A stretch of 64,000 bases of DNA, taken from the NCBI RefSeq assembly GCF_009914755.1, contig NC_060938.1; one strand, 5' to 3'. The notes under the pieces were generated by a model. It was not told where the DNA came from, made no database searches, and saw only the letters and a program-made list of their open reading frames with translations. Positions 1 through 16,250 of this stretch are shown here, piece by piece; within the stretch, counting starts at the first letter, position 1, and every line of letters begins with the position of its first letter. The DNA comes from the human T2T-CHM13v2.0 reference genome, Homo sapiens. A program made the position numbers and the translations under genes.

Positions 1-274
1 ACTTAAAGATGACAATATTTTTAAACTTCCATTAGGAATTTGATTCTTGCCAGTATTTTAAAGAATGGTTGAAAATAATAACTGGAAAGAAGTAACTGAA
101 AATTGTATTTTTCACTAGAATTCCAGAGCCTCGTAAACAATTTCTGTTACATTTCTGAAATCTCAATATCTGCAGAATATTGTTCACAGGGAGACTAGAA
201 ATAAGACTTTTTTCTCTATGACAAACTTTGTGGTTAGTATTGATAATATGGTGGTTATATTTGTTAGTGTGTAG

Positions 275-290
275 GGCATATCAACTCAAG
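275..290 (+). CDS. Possible 16-nt microexon upstream of the exon chain (GISTQ+G)
   Basis: Good donor AAG|GTAAAT at 290/291. Acceptor tgtag|G has a poor pyrimidine tract. Ends phase 1, matching exon 2533. Other acceptors (238, 268) are possible. Confidence 0.25.
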
Positions 291-387
291 GTAAATAATA
301 ATTTTTAATTGAAAAATGGTTGCAGTAAAAATACTAAATGTATTTTTGACAATGTTTCACAGAATATGTGTGTGTAATAAAAATATC

Positions 388-1000
388 TTTTTTTTATTAT
401 ACTTTAAGTTCTGGGATAAATGTGCAGAAAGTGCAGATATGTTACATAGGTATATACATGCCATGGTGGTTTGCTGCACCCATCAACCTGTCATCTGCAT
501 TAGGTATTTCTCCTAATGCTATCCCTCCCCTAGGCCCCCACCCCCTGACAGGCCCTGGTGTGTAATGTTCCCCTCCCTGACTCCATGTGTTCTCATTGTT
601 CAACTCCCACTTATGAGTGAGAACATGTGGTGTTTGGTTTTCTGTTCCTGTGTTAGTTTGCTGAGAATGATGGTTTCCAGCTTCATCCATGTCCCTGCAA
701 AGGACATGAACTCATCCTTTTTTATGGCTGCATAGTATTCCATGGTGTATATGTGCCACATTTTCTCTATCCAGTCTATCACTGATGGGCATTTGGGTTG
801 GTTCCAAGTCTTTGCTATTGTAAACAGTACTGTAATAAATATACGTGTGCAGCACATAAAACATATGTGTCTTTATAGTAGAATGATTTATAATCCTTTG
901 GGTATATACCCAGTAATGGGATTGCTGGGTCAAATGGTATTTCTGGTTCTAGATAATTGAGGAGTCACCACTCTGTCTTCCACAATGGTTGAACTAATTT
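388..1000 (-). mobile_element. L1PA (about L1PA8-10) 3' end, 5'-truncated
   Basis: T-tail followed by TTATTATACTTTAAGTTCTGGG. ORF 600..857(-) is the ORF2 C-terminus (AKTWNQPKCPS..WIEKMWHIYTMEYY). Confidence 0.95.
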
Positions 1001-1094
1001 TAAAGCTTCTTTTTTCTTCTTGGGCTGAAATGAAGGAATTCGACTTTTTACCATATTGGTAAAATTAAAATGTGGATGTTTAGTATGTTTTGAC

Positions 1095-2275
1095 TTATTT
1101 ATTGAGACAACTAATTTATACACCATAAAATTCATGCATTTTAATTGTTCAATTTAATGATTTTTAGTAAGTTTATAGAACTATGCAACCATCATCACAT
1201 GCCAAGTATAGAACACGTCTGTCAACTTCCAAATTCTGTCATCCAGTTTGCAGTTAATGCCTGCTTTCATTCTCAGCCTTAAGTACCCTTAATCTGCTTT
1301 TTACTAGATTTGGCTTTTTTTGGACATTTCATAAAGATGAAACCATATAAAATATATTCGTCTGTGTTTAAATTCCTTCCATTAGTATAGTATTTTTGAA
1401 GTTCATCCATATGGTAGCATGTATTTATGTTTTGCTGGTTTGCTTCTTTTTATTGCAAAATAATATTCCATTGTGTGGAAATATAATATTTTGTTTATAC
1501 ATTCACCAATTGTTGGACATAAAGTTATTTCTAGTTTTTGGTTAACATGAGTAACTCTGCCATGAACATTTGTATACAATTTTTGCATGGAGATGTTTTA
1601 GTTTCCCTTGGGTAGATACCTAGGGGAAGAATTGCTGAGTCATGTGGGAAGGTTTATGTGTAGATTTTTTAGAAATTTCCAAGCTGTTTTCCAAAGTAGC
1701 TGTACCATTTTACATTCCTATCAACAATATATAAAGGTTCAAATTTCTTCACTTTCTCATCAACTTTTGTTTGTTTGCTGTTATTTTGTCTTTTTTTTTC
1801 TTAATAGCCTTATATTCTGCAAAAAAAAATCCTGTCAGACTGTGTTGAATCAATAGATTGTTTTGGGGGAGAATTGCTATGTAAAAATTGGAGTCCTTCA
1901 ACACATGACAATGGAATGTCTGTTTAGTTACTTAGGTCTCTACTTTCTCTCTGCAGTGTTTTGTTGCTTGTTTGAATGTTCAAGCCTTGCATTCTTTTTT
2001 GTTAAATTTTTTCCTAAATATTTTATTCTTCTTGATATTATTATAGATATAATTGTTTTGTTAATCTCATTTTCTACCTAATCTTTGCTAGTAAGTGGAA
2101 AGATGACTGATTTTTGTGTATGGATTTTTCATCCTGAGACATTGCTGAACTCAATTATAATTTTTGGTTGTGAGTGTGTGTCTGTCAGTTCCTTAGGATT
2201 TTCTGTGTTAAGAATTATGTTAGCTGCTAATAAAGACAGCTTTATTTCTTCTTTTCTAATCTAGATACCTTCTTT
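1095..2275 (-). mobile_element. Old L1 (L1MB/L1ME-type) 3' region with internal deletion
   Basis: Degenerate L1M 3'UTR motifs. ORF 1403..1588 contains HTMEYYFAIKR. Confidence 0.8.
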
Positions 2276-2412
2276 TTCCCTCTCTCACTCCTTCCCCCAT
2301 TTTCCCTCCCTCCTTCCGTTCCTTCTTTCTGTTCTTCCTTCCCTTCCCTCTCCCTCCTCCCATTCTCCTTTTATTCCTCCCTGTCCTGTGGCCAACTTCC
2401 GTCTCTTCTCCT
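2268..2412. repeat. CT-rich low-complexity polypyrimidine tract
   Basis: Almost pure C/T run. Confidence 0.85.
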
Positions 2413-2532
2413 GACATAATTATTAACAGTATTCTCTTTTACTTTCAAAGGTGTCACTGAGGATTACAGCAAGCACTAAGGATGAAAACATGAAAACATT
2501 TTTGCAAATCTTTGTGTGGTTTCTTATTCTAG

Positions 2533-2597
2533 GGCTATCCCAAATTCCTAGAGAAGCAAAAATATATAAAATGCTCTCTTTATTTAAAGTAATTGAG
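2533..2597 (+). CDS. Candidate coding exon A (65 nt, phase 1 to 0): LSQIPREAKIYKMLSLFKVIE
   Basis: Acceptor ggtttcttattctag|G, donor GAG|GTAACC. Only one frame is open. An upstream acceptor at 2450/2451 (ttttactttcaaag|G) lies in the same open frame. Confidence 0.55.
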
Positions 2598-3277
2598 GTA
2601 ACCATTGCTGGAAAAACCTACTTAAGTCTGATAGTAATGCATGCAGAATAGAATAGTTCTTGAAGTTATTATTAAGGAAAACACTGATTAGTGTGAAAAA
2701 GAGTGTTAGCAATATCACAGTTCACCTGTGAAAATAAATGCCATTCATGAGTCATTTTCAATCAATAACAAACAGCAATAATTGATTTCTAGAAAGACGT
2801 TCCATAAGTAACAGTTCAGAGCTCCAAAGTTCCTCTGGGTAGGATGTGTTGAAATTAACTAACTGTTAAAGTCATGCATTGGGAAATAAATGCGTATTTT
2901 ATGTTAAATATTTTGTTAGCATTAGCCTCACTATGTAAAATATTGCTCTTGAAATCAACTTCTTATAAAATTCTATCTCAATTTACTTTAGGACATTAGG
3001 ATTTACAAGTAAAAGTAATTTGTTTTTCTTTTCACAATAGTTTGTTACGCGCCAGCCTTTAATTTCATGTGAGAACTTATTCTACATTTATCCAAAAATT
3101 TTAATTAGTTTGACTATGATGTCATCTTACATAACATTGGGGTCTTACATCAAATAATGTCTGACCAAGTAAAGTGGCTTAATTAAAATGTTTTTGCAGT
3201 CAATCAATACCTAAATGAATAAAGCAGAGTGAGAAAAATCTAAATATTAGTTTAAAATATGCCTTTTTCCTCTCTAG

Positions 3278-3311
3278 GGTGTACTCGAATATACTCCCAA
3301 TCAACATATAG
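3278..3311 (+). CDS. Candidate coding exon B (34 nt, phase 0 to 1): GVLEYTPNQHI
   Basis: Strong acceptor gcctttttcctctctag|G, donor TAG|GTAATA. Retains a CpG. Phase-compatible with A. Confidence 0.6.
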
Positions 3312-3622
3312 GTAATAATCCTAGTAGCAGAATATTTTTATCAATTTCCAGAAATATTACATATGTATTCCATAAGGATTTTTTATGAATATAATATTTT
3401 AAATAATATCTTTGAAAATATTTTAAGATGCTAAAATATAACTGAATCATATTTAATAACTAAAAGGAATTATAGGTAACAAATGTTTATAGAATAGTCA
3501 TTCTGCTACAGTCAATGGGATTGCATAGATATTTAAGACATTATATCTACTACCCAGGAGCTGATGCTATGGAAAAACATATGTGCTATGCTAATTATTT
3601 GGCACACTATTTCATATGAATT

Positions 3623-4350
3623 TATCTCTTGCTGCATAACCAAACACTCTATATTAGTGGATTAAAATGGGGATCCACAAATTTTAGCTGATGTGCCGTA
3701 TCTAGTTTATGTCCTGTTTTTGTGTGTCCTGTGAGTTATCTTTTTATTTTAAAAAAATTTTTATTAAAAAAGTAAATAATATGTGACAGAGATTTTATAT
3801 AGTTTGTAATGATGAAAATATTTATTTTCTAGTCCTTTAAAGAAAAAAATTGTGCTGTCCTCTGGCTTAAATGACACGTTATTATTCAGATTCTGTGGGT
3901 TGACTCTGATCAGATGTTAATTCTTGCTTTGGTTCTTTCATTTGGTGTCAGTCAGCTCTTGACTGGGGCTGCATCTGTTGAGCTTTACTGACAGTTCATT
4001 TACATGGCTGGCGGTTTATGCTATCAGTTGCCTGGGAACCCAATGGGGACTGTTTACAAGAACACCTGCCCTTGGCCTTTCTATGTGGCTTGCATTTCAT
4101 ATTCTTGCAGCATGGCATCTGGATTTTTAAACTGGGCATCCTAATGGTAAGCATTCTAAGAGATCTACACTGAAGCTGCAAGTTTTTTATATCTAGTCTT
4201 GAAAATCATGAAGTGTAATTTCTGCCTTAATCTACTGAAGATACATCAGCTAAGATTCAATGTTGGAGGTGTCCACCACATTGCAAAGTATGTGCCAGGA
4301 GGTGTTCATTGGTGGGGCAGGGGATGGGCATCTTTGGAGAGTAATTTCCA
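3623..4350 (-). mobile_element. MLT1-type MaLR LTR (old), interrupted by MER58
   Basis: TTGCTGCATAAC..GGCTTAAA..TTCTGTGGGT start typical of MLT1 on the minus strand. Confidence 0.6.
3668..3864. mobile_element. MER58A-like hAT MITE
   Basis: AAAATATTTATTTTCTAGTCCTTTAAAGAAAAAAATTGTG resembles the MER58 terminus. Confidence 0.55.
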
Positions 4351-5230
4351 CAGTACCCCTCTGTGGATTCCAGTGATTTTCTTCCTTCCCATGTACAAAA
4401 TATACTGAGCCCCTCCTAAGACTCCCAAAATTTCATCTTATTATGTCATTGGAATCAGACTTAAATTTAGAATTTCATTATCTAAATCAGATCCAGATGT
4501 GAACGAGACTCCTCAAATAAGATGCTGTAAATTCAGACACAATGTACCTGTTTCCCACATACTCAGCATTGAAAGGTGGGACATGACTAGTGCCATAGAC
4601 ATGTCCACTAAAAATGTAAAATAGAAGGAATATAGGAGTCCTTGTTCCATAGCAATTCTGAAATCCAGCTGGGCTCAGGTGGTAATTCACCCTGCTTTGG
4701 GTGAAGGAAATGTATGCTGACTAGGGATCAGTTTTGTTTCTGGGATTTGTTTACATCAGTGCTTGGCTCTATCCACTGGGGTTTTTGCTCCAGACTGAAT
4801 TATTCTTTTCCACAAGAAATGACAGTGTTCACAGCTAAGCAGCTTTCCGGTCTCTTTCCTTTCCATAGAAATTGGAGGGACCTGAAACATCTTTGTTTTA
4901 CTCTCAGTTCCTTTAAGTACAAGTTGGTCCACTTATTAATTTTTTTTGTTCTTACGTATCAAATTGTAAATCTGCTACAGTAGAATAGACTCAAACCCAC
5001 ATTTCATTCTGAGACAATCCCTTCTCTACCTCAGTCACCTGTGAGGTTGCTGTGGTAGACCTTTATTCTTAGGCAAGAAAATCTAAGAAGCCCCCTTAAG
5101 ATATTTAGAAAATATTGTATCTAGCTGAGAGGGTCTAGGAGCCATGCCCTTGTTATTCTTAGAGGTCATTTTTTTTTTTTTTTCTAATTGAGAAGGTCTA
5201 CAAGGAGCTGCCTTAAATCAACCAACCAAC

Positions 5231-5369
5231 TTTCCTTTTTCCTTTCTTCCCTTCCCTTCCCTTCCCTTCCCTTCCCTTCCCTTCCCCTCCCTTCCCCTCT
5301 CCTGCCCTCCCTTCCCCTCTCCTGCCCTCCCTTCCCCTCTCCTCCCCCCTCCCCTCCCTTCCCTTTCCT
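5231..5369. repeat. (CCCTT)n-type simple repeat, derived from the Alu tail
   Basis: Tandem CCCTT/CCCCT units abutting the Alu T-tail. Confidence 0.9.
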
Positions 5370-5752
5370 TTTTTTGAGACAAGTTATCTCTCTGTCACCC
5401 AGGCAGGAGTACAGTAGTACAATCATAGCTCACAGCAGTCTCCACCTCCTGGGCTCAAGCAATCCTGCTGTGTCAGCTTTTTGAGAAGCTAGGACCACAG
5501 GCACCCATCACCACACCCGGCTAAGATTCTTAATTTTTTATAGAGACAGGGTCTCACTATGTTGCCCAGGCTGGTCTTGACCTCCTGGGCTCAAGCAATC
5601 CTCCTACCTCAGCCTTCTGAGTAGCTAGGACCACATGCACACACCACCACACCTGGCTAAGATTTTTAATTTTTTATAGAGGCAGGGTCTCACTATGTTG
5701 CACAGGCTGGTTTCGAACTCCTGGATTCAAGCAATCTTCCCACCTCAGCCTT
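5369..5752 (-). mobile_element. AluJ with three monomers (internal tandem duplication)
   Basis: AluJ diagnostics (CTCCTGGGCTCAAGCAATCC). A ~134-bp block occurs twice. Confidence 0.85.
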
Positions 5753-6094
5753 AACAAAGTGTCTTTCTGAGACTTTCTCAATCTGAAATCCATCTTACCA
5801 AAGGAGTTCTGAATCTTTGCCCAGATACCATTTCTGAGTTTGAGAACAGTCCACTGTCTGGAAAGACCAGGTATGAGAAACAGTCTGTATTTTAAGCAAG
5901 CAAGTTCTTGTTTCTTACATTTCTTTTAAATTTAGATAAATAATTCTATTTTCTGTAGCTCATCTTTCTCTATATGTGTCTTTCCATTTGCAGATAAAAT
6001 AAACCAGTTGGCACTTTTGGTATTTTGCCTGGGAAAAAAATCTCCTAAGCTGTATCAATAATCTCACTAGGTAAATTTTTGATACTGCAGGTAG

Positions 6095-6470
<376 letters not shown>

Positions 6471-6624
6471 GAGAGTGCATTGTCTTTAGATGATTTAAAA
6501 ATAATACTAAAACTGACTAACAGATGTTCTTCCTTGTAATATCACCATGAAACAACAATTCAAAACAATACCACTGAGAAAATGCTGCTCCCTGCTTGGG
6601 CAGACCAGTGTCTCTATTCTCTCC

Positions 6625-7009
6625 TGTGGATAGGTTGGGATATCACTGTCATGATTATGTTATGTTACATGATAAAAATAATTTTGCAGATGTAATTAAG
6701 TTCTCTAATCAGCTGATTTAATCAAAAGGGAGACTATCTTGGGTGAGCCTGACCTAATAGACGGGCTTCTGAATGGGGGTCTAGAAGTTGGAGACAACAG
6801 TCAGACAGATAAGATGCTACCAGCATTAAAGAAGCATCCATCTATACTATGAACTGCCTATGAGGGATGTGATTTCAGCTTGATGAGGCCTTCAACAGAG
6901 CCCAGCCATGCTGAGCCTGAATTTCTGACCTACAGCTATTGCGTAAATAACTGTTGTTTTAAGCCACCAAATTTGTGGTAATTTGTTACACAGCAACAGA
7001 AAACGAACA
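6625..7009 (+). mobile_element. MLT1 (D/E-type) solo LTR
   Basis: TTTTGCAGATGTAATTAAG and terminal TTTGTGGTAATTTGTTACACAGCAACAGAAAAC. Confidence 0.8.
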
Positions 7010-7611
7010 CCTTTAGTTATATTTTGTCATGCTATGGTTTCCTATGGAATAACAGGAAATGAAGAATGACAGTAAGTTACAAAATTCAGTGCACTATCAT
7101 ATTAATAGTTACCACATTAAGTGTTAAATGTTTCCAAAGTAGAAGAAATGTGTTCTTGGAAAGAAATATACTGTTCTTTAGAAATACAGATGAGGAAGCA
7201 ATTATTTATCCCTGAAGGTTTTGAGGCAAGCTGCATCATGTTGACGTTGCAAGGCCTTGAAGGATGAGCAACAGCTGGCCAGGCTGACAAAGGAAGAAAG
7301 AACATTCTATACTGAACAGCATCGGTTGTCTTTCTGAATAAAAGTTAGTGCTTGGGATGATGGAAAAGTAACAGACTGAGCATTAAAATGATATTAATAT
7401 ACAGTTAACTTCACTACCAAGAATGTAATTTTAGATGAGACAATGTTTTGTTTGAGTTGATAAATATAAATCATTTATTTTAAACATGTGGACACCTTTC
7501 AGAAGAAGAACATTGGCAAAGATTAAAATCAATATTTTGTGTTTCTGGGCTTTCTAATTGGTTACTATCACCTAAAGTGTGAAGCTGGGACAGGTCAGAG
7601 AGTTTGGAAAT

Positions 7612-10361
<2,750 letters not shown>

Positions 10362-10638
10362 AGAATTTGGAAATAGAGGTAATAAAAATTTACTTAGGTA
10401 TAACAATAGTCTTAGTACCAATTATATTTATATGTAACTTTAAAGGGCTGCATGCTTTATATAGATATATATGTTGTCCCCAAGTCTTGTAAGAAATTAC
10501 GATTTTATGATGTATGAGACATTGTAAAATGTTTTCAATACCAAACCATACACACTCTATTTAAACATATTATCACCTCTAATAAAATGATCTCTGTCAA
10601 TTATAAGGAAATTGGTTAATGATAAGTGTAATAAAGCC

Positions 10639-11004
10639 TGATAATGGTTTGAATTTGTGTCCCTGCCCAAATCTCCTATCGTATTGGAGGAGGGGCTTGG
10701 TGGGAGGTGATTGGATCATGGGGACGAATTTCCCCCCTGCTATTCTCATGTTAGTGAGTTCTCAGGAGATCTGATAGTTTAAAAGTATGTGGCACTTCCC
10801 CCTTCGTTCTCTCTCTCTCCTCCCTCCATGTGAAGAAGGTGCTTGCTTTCCCTTCCCCTTCCACCATGACTGTAAGTTTCCTGAGGCCTCCCAGTTATGC
10901 TTTCTGTTAAGCCTGTGAAACTGTGAGTCAGTTAAGCCTTTTTTCTTCATAAATTACCCAGTCTCAGGTGGTTCTTTACAGCAGTGTGAAAACAGACTAT
11001 TACA
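10639..11004 (+). mobile_element. MSTA solo LTR (ERVL-MaLR)
   Basis: TG...CA ends, perfect 5-bp TSD AAGCC. Confidence 0.9.
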
Positions 11005-12869
11005 AAGCCATTTTAGATTAAACAAGAATTTTTTTTAAAAAGTTTACATCCAAAGATTGAAATAGAAATTCTATGTGATATTATGTTATTTTAGGTTATA
11101 CAATTTCCAAAAGATTGAAATGACTAACTTTACAACTTATGGAGAGAATTAAAGCTAGCTGAAATAGCTTTCTGGAATAATTGGGCATACTTCCAGGAAG
11201 GATTGAAGGAATATTTTGCATCTGAACCTGCTTCCTACTTGACTGATTATAACAGTCACGCTATATGTAGACTGGCTCGTGTCCCTTTTCACTTTATCTT
11301 AATAGTCAGTTATGAAGCAGTTTAAAGCTACTAGATAGAAAAATATCAGGACTTTGCCCTTATAAATTATCTAGAAAATACAGTAACACTTGTAATGGCA
11401 TTTTTTAGCAAGAACATTATGACAGTCTTAACAATTGACAGACGTGATTTGCTCCAATCTTGCCATGGTTATTTTGAATGGAGAAAGATGTGCCATTAGG
11501 GAAGAGAAGGTCTGCCAGCTAATTAGCACATTAGATGCTCCATCAGCCTTGCTGGCTTCTTGCAAATAGAACAGTTTACTTAATTTTTTGGCATAAAAAA
11601 TGAAGCTTCCTTTTACATTTGAACTTCTATTGGTAAAAACATGTCATAGTGCAAAAAATGTGAGTAATGTTTAAGATAGATTAATGTTTTGTTATTTTTA
11701 CTTGTATTTTCTTAACTTTAAGGTATTTCATATTCCTGTTCACACTTCAGAATCCAATATAAGTATGGCACATCTATCAAAAAGTTTAAGTTTAAAAAAT
11801 AAATGGTACTTTCACTTTAATTACGTATTTTTCCTTTTTTAATAAAGAGAAGGAAACTGTGACTTTAGAAGATAAATGGCGCATATGCACAATATATAAT
11901 GAGTAGGGCATATAAAACTAATGTTTCTAAATGTTTTACATGGAATAGTTTTGATGGATTTATAGTAAATCAATATTTCAGTTGTTATAAGTATATAATT
12001 TTGCTACGTTCTTGTTAGGAAAGAAATTCTAAGGGATAATGAAATAATTCTAAAATCATTTCTACCTCCACTTGTCTAGGTTTTCAGAACTCCATAGAAA
12101 TAAATCTGAAGCACAATGTCAACTGAATATTCTTATGGGTGTTTAATTTGCCAATTAAGAAAATCTTAATTGGCAATATAGGTCACCTATAGCTATTTAA
12201 CATGTTGTAAACTTAATAAATGTAGAAAGTTGTGGTCCACCTAGATATACAAAAACCAAAAGTAACAGAAAAAGTCTTCAGTGAGTTGATGCAGCTACTT
12301 AGTAGGCCCTTTCCCTTTTGTCTCTTCTTTATTGCTTGCCTTATTCCATAAAGTAGAAATTGTATACATTGTGTATCTCCTGCATCACTTTTCTATGGGT
12401 GACTGATTTCCCCTGCTTAGAATTATCCAGAGGTCTCCTTTATCTTCAATGAGGAAACATTTACCTGATTTTGTTTATCACAACCTCTGCACTGAATGAG
12501 ATTTTATGTTCAATACACATTCAACAGTGTGCACCCATAAGTCTATAAATGTCTTAACAGCCCTGGCTATACAAAATATTTTAAGCAATGTGAAGTCTTG
12601 CAGTTGTGTTTTGCATTTCACTCCCCATCTTCACTTTCAGGATTGTTGCTATCCTTTCTTTATATTATACATTGAACCGTTGTAAGTACAATTTTCCTCC
12701 ACTAATTAAAAAAGTTTCATGTCTGTTGCCATTATAAAGCAAATAACAATTGAAAAAAATTTTTCTTAATTTCTACCTCACCCATATATCTACCCTATCT
12801 TCTTCTTTTAAAGTCTACATGTATTTTAATAATTAATCATTTTTATTTTCTGAGAATTTCATTATCTCA

Positions 12870-14375
<1,506 letters not shown>

Positions 14376-14381
14376 TGACCC

Positions 14382-14627
14382 TATGACAATTAACTCTTGT
14401 ATTCTTTGAATTGAACAAGTCTGTTTCCCCAGCAGGAGTTCAATAAGTATATGATAAATAGGAAAGTGGTATTGTAAGAATAATAAATTGGAGGTTCCAT
14501 AGCTTTACAGCAAAAATACACTTAGAAACAGGCCTGAGGAAATGACAGCCTGGACAGTTTTTGTGAGTGAAGAGAAGATAAACTGATGCATTCAGTCATT
14601 GAATCATACATTCATTCTAAAGGCATA
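14382..14627 (+). repeat. Left arm of 246-bp inverted repeat
   Basis: Gap-free alignment to the reverse complement of 15815-16060, 215/246 identical by manual count. Confidence 0.97.
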
Positions 14628-15600
14628 TAGCAAATACCTACATGCAAGGCATTGAACAGATAAAATTAAGGTATGTACAAGGTTTAGAAGAGAATGACAG
14701 TGTCTGTATCTGTAAATCAAGTACATTGACAGAAATAAAGAACGAAGGCAAACAAGCTGGTTGAAAAGAAAGTCAACAATTCTGTTTTAAGTATGATAAA
14801 TTGAAGTGTGGATTTATGTAGAATATGTGTTTGGCAATTCAGTACTGGAATTTAGAAGAGGAGTTGTGTCTAGAAATAAATTGAGATTGAGAAATTTGCA
14901 TGGTGAAGCTAGTTTAAAGTTATGACTGTAAAGGCAGTCAAAACGGGCCATATACTGTGCAATCTCAATGAAAATAAATGTCCAGAATAGGAAAATCTAT
15001 AGAAATAGAAAGTAGATTTGGGGTTGCTTAGGGTTGGGAGTGAGTGTAGAGTGATAGCTAAGGAGTACAGGATTTCTTTTGGGAGTAATGAAAGTTTTTA
15101 AAAAATGATTATGGAATGGATACACAATTCTGTGAATATACTAAAAGCCATTGAATTATATACTTTAAGAGGGCAAACTGTATGGTTTGTAACTTATAAA
15201 GCTGTTAAAAATAAAGCCATAACTATAAATGAGTTATCAGAGGGATTAAAAAGTAAAGAGGAAAAATTTATAGAACCAAAGAGACTGACTCTCAAGAATA
15301 TTTATAATTGAAAGATAGGAAAAAGGAAGTAGGTAAGGAGGCAACCAATACTTTCAAAAATCTCCTTGAGAAAATGCCCTGAATTTGAAAACTTACATAT
15401 AATTGTGGTATTTGACAGTGCTCATAAGAACATTTGTAGTGTTGAAACTAACAGTTTCAAGAAGGTAAGTCATAAATAAATAGGAAGTAGGTAAACAAAG
15501 TAATAGGCACATTTTAAAGACTGTCCTGAGGGTAAAAGGAGAATGGCAACTCTAAATAGCAAGAGGACTTGTCCAACTCCTGGACCTTCAGTAGATTGAG
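14600..15600 (-). mobile_element. L2 remnant (3' tail at ~14600-14655), interrupted by an L1MB fragment
   Basis: CATTCATTC..ATACCTACATGCAAGGCATTG matches the L2 3' end on the minus strand. Confidence 0.55.
14945..15215 (+). mobile_element. L1MB-type 3' end fragment
   Basis: AATGTCCAGAATAGGAAAATCTATAGAAATAGAAAGTAGA..CTGTGAATATACTAAAAGCCATTGAATT. Confidence 0.8.
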
Positions 15601-15814
15601 TAAACTGTCTAATCTGCAAGTTCTCATAATAGGCCAAGAGTGTCAGAATGGCATATCCAAGTGTAATCCTTAGACAGATAAGAGTAAAGTATGACAGAGA
15701 ACAGAAATGCACACCAGGACCAAAGAGTGAAAAGCAAGATCACAAAAGTGGATTAGATTCCAGAGTCATGAACTCTCCAGGAAGCAGTTGGAAACGAATA
15801 CATAAGGAGATGTT

Positions 15815-16060
15815 TATGCTTTTTGAATAAATGAATGATTCAATAACTGGATGCATCGGTTTATCTTCTCTCCACTCACAAAAACTGTCCAGGCCTTTAT
15901 TTCCTCAGGGCTGTTTCTATGTGTATTTTCACTTTGAAGCTATGGAGCCTCCAGTTTATCATTCTTAAAATATTGCTTTCCTATTTAACATATACTTATT
16001 GAACTTCTGCTGGGGAAACAGATTTGTGCAATTCAAAGAAGGCAAGATTTAATTGTCATA
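15815..16060 (-). repeat. Right arm of 246-bp inverted repeat
   Basis: Reverse complement of 14382-14627. Confidence 0.97.
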
Positions 16061-16250
16061 AGTTCTGGGTCCAAGGCTTAATTTCTTTATTTTACTACAT
16101 TGTGATTATGGATAGGTTACCTTTTTTTGCTTCAATTTCATCTTTAAACTGGAAGAGGTGAGGTTAGTAATGCCCATTCCAGAGGGGATTGGAAAATTTG
16201 AAGTATATAGCGTGATACCTAGTATATTACAGGTACTCAAAAATATTGAA
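16030..16250 (+). mobile_element. MIR
   Basis: Degenerate MIR core and 3' end (GGTACTCAAAAATATT). Confidence 0.55.

Larger units (their letters stand above)
4351..6085 (-). mobile_element. MLT1 internal-region remnant (interrupted by CT repeat and AluJ)
   Basis: Directly follows the LTR. Degenerate similarity to MaLR internal sequence. Confidence 0.45.

Noticed and set aside
7017-7071. Exon-like segment ending ACA|GTAAGT with the phase 1-to-2 length needed before 12641
   Set aside because: In-frame TGA just before the donor, and weak acceptors.
11128-11325. 65-codon stop-free frame in unique DNA
   Set aside because: No ATG, no in-frame splice sites and no recognisable motif.
14382-16060. 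Inverted repeat as terminal inverted repeats of a DNA transposon
   Set aside because: The spacer is host L2/L1M sequence that crosses the arm boundary, there is no transposase remnant, and the ends match no TIR I recognise. The outer TA dinucleotides are insufficient evidence.
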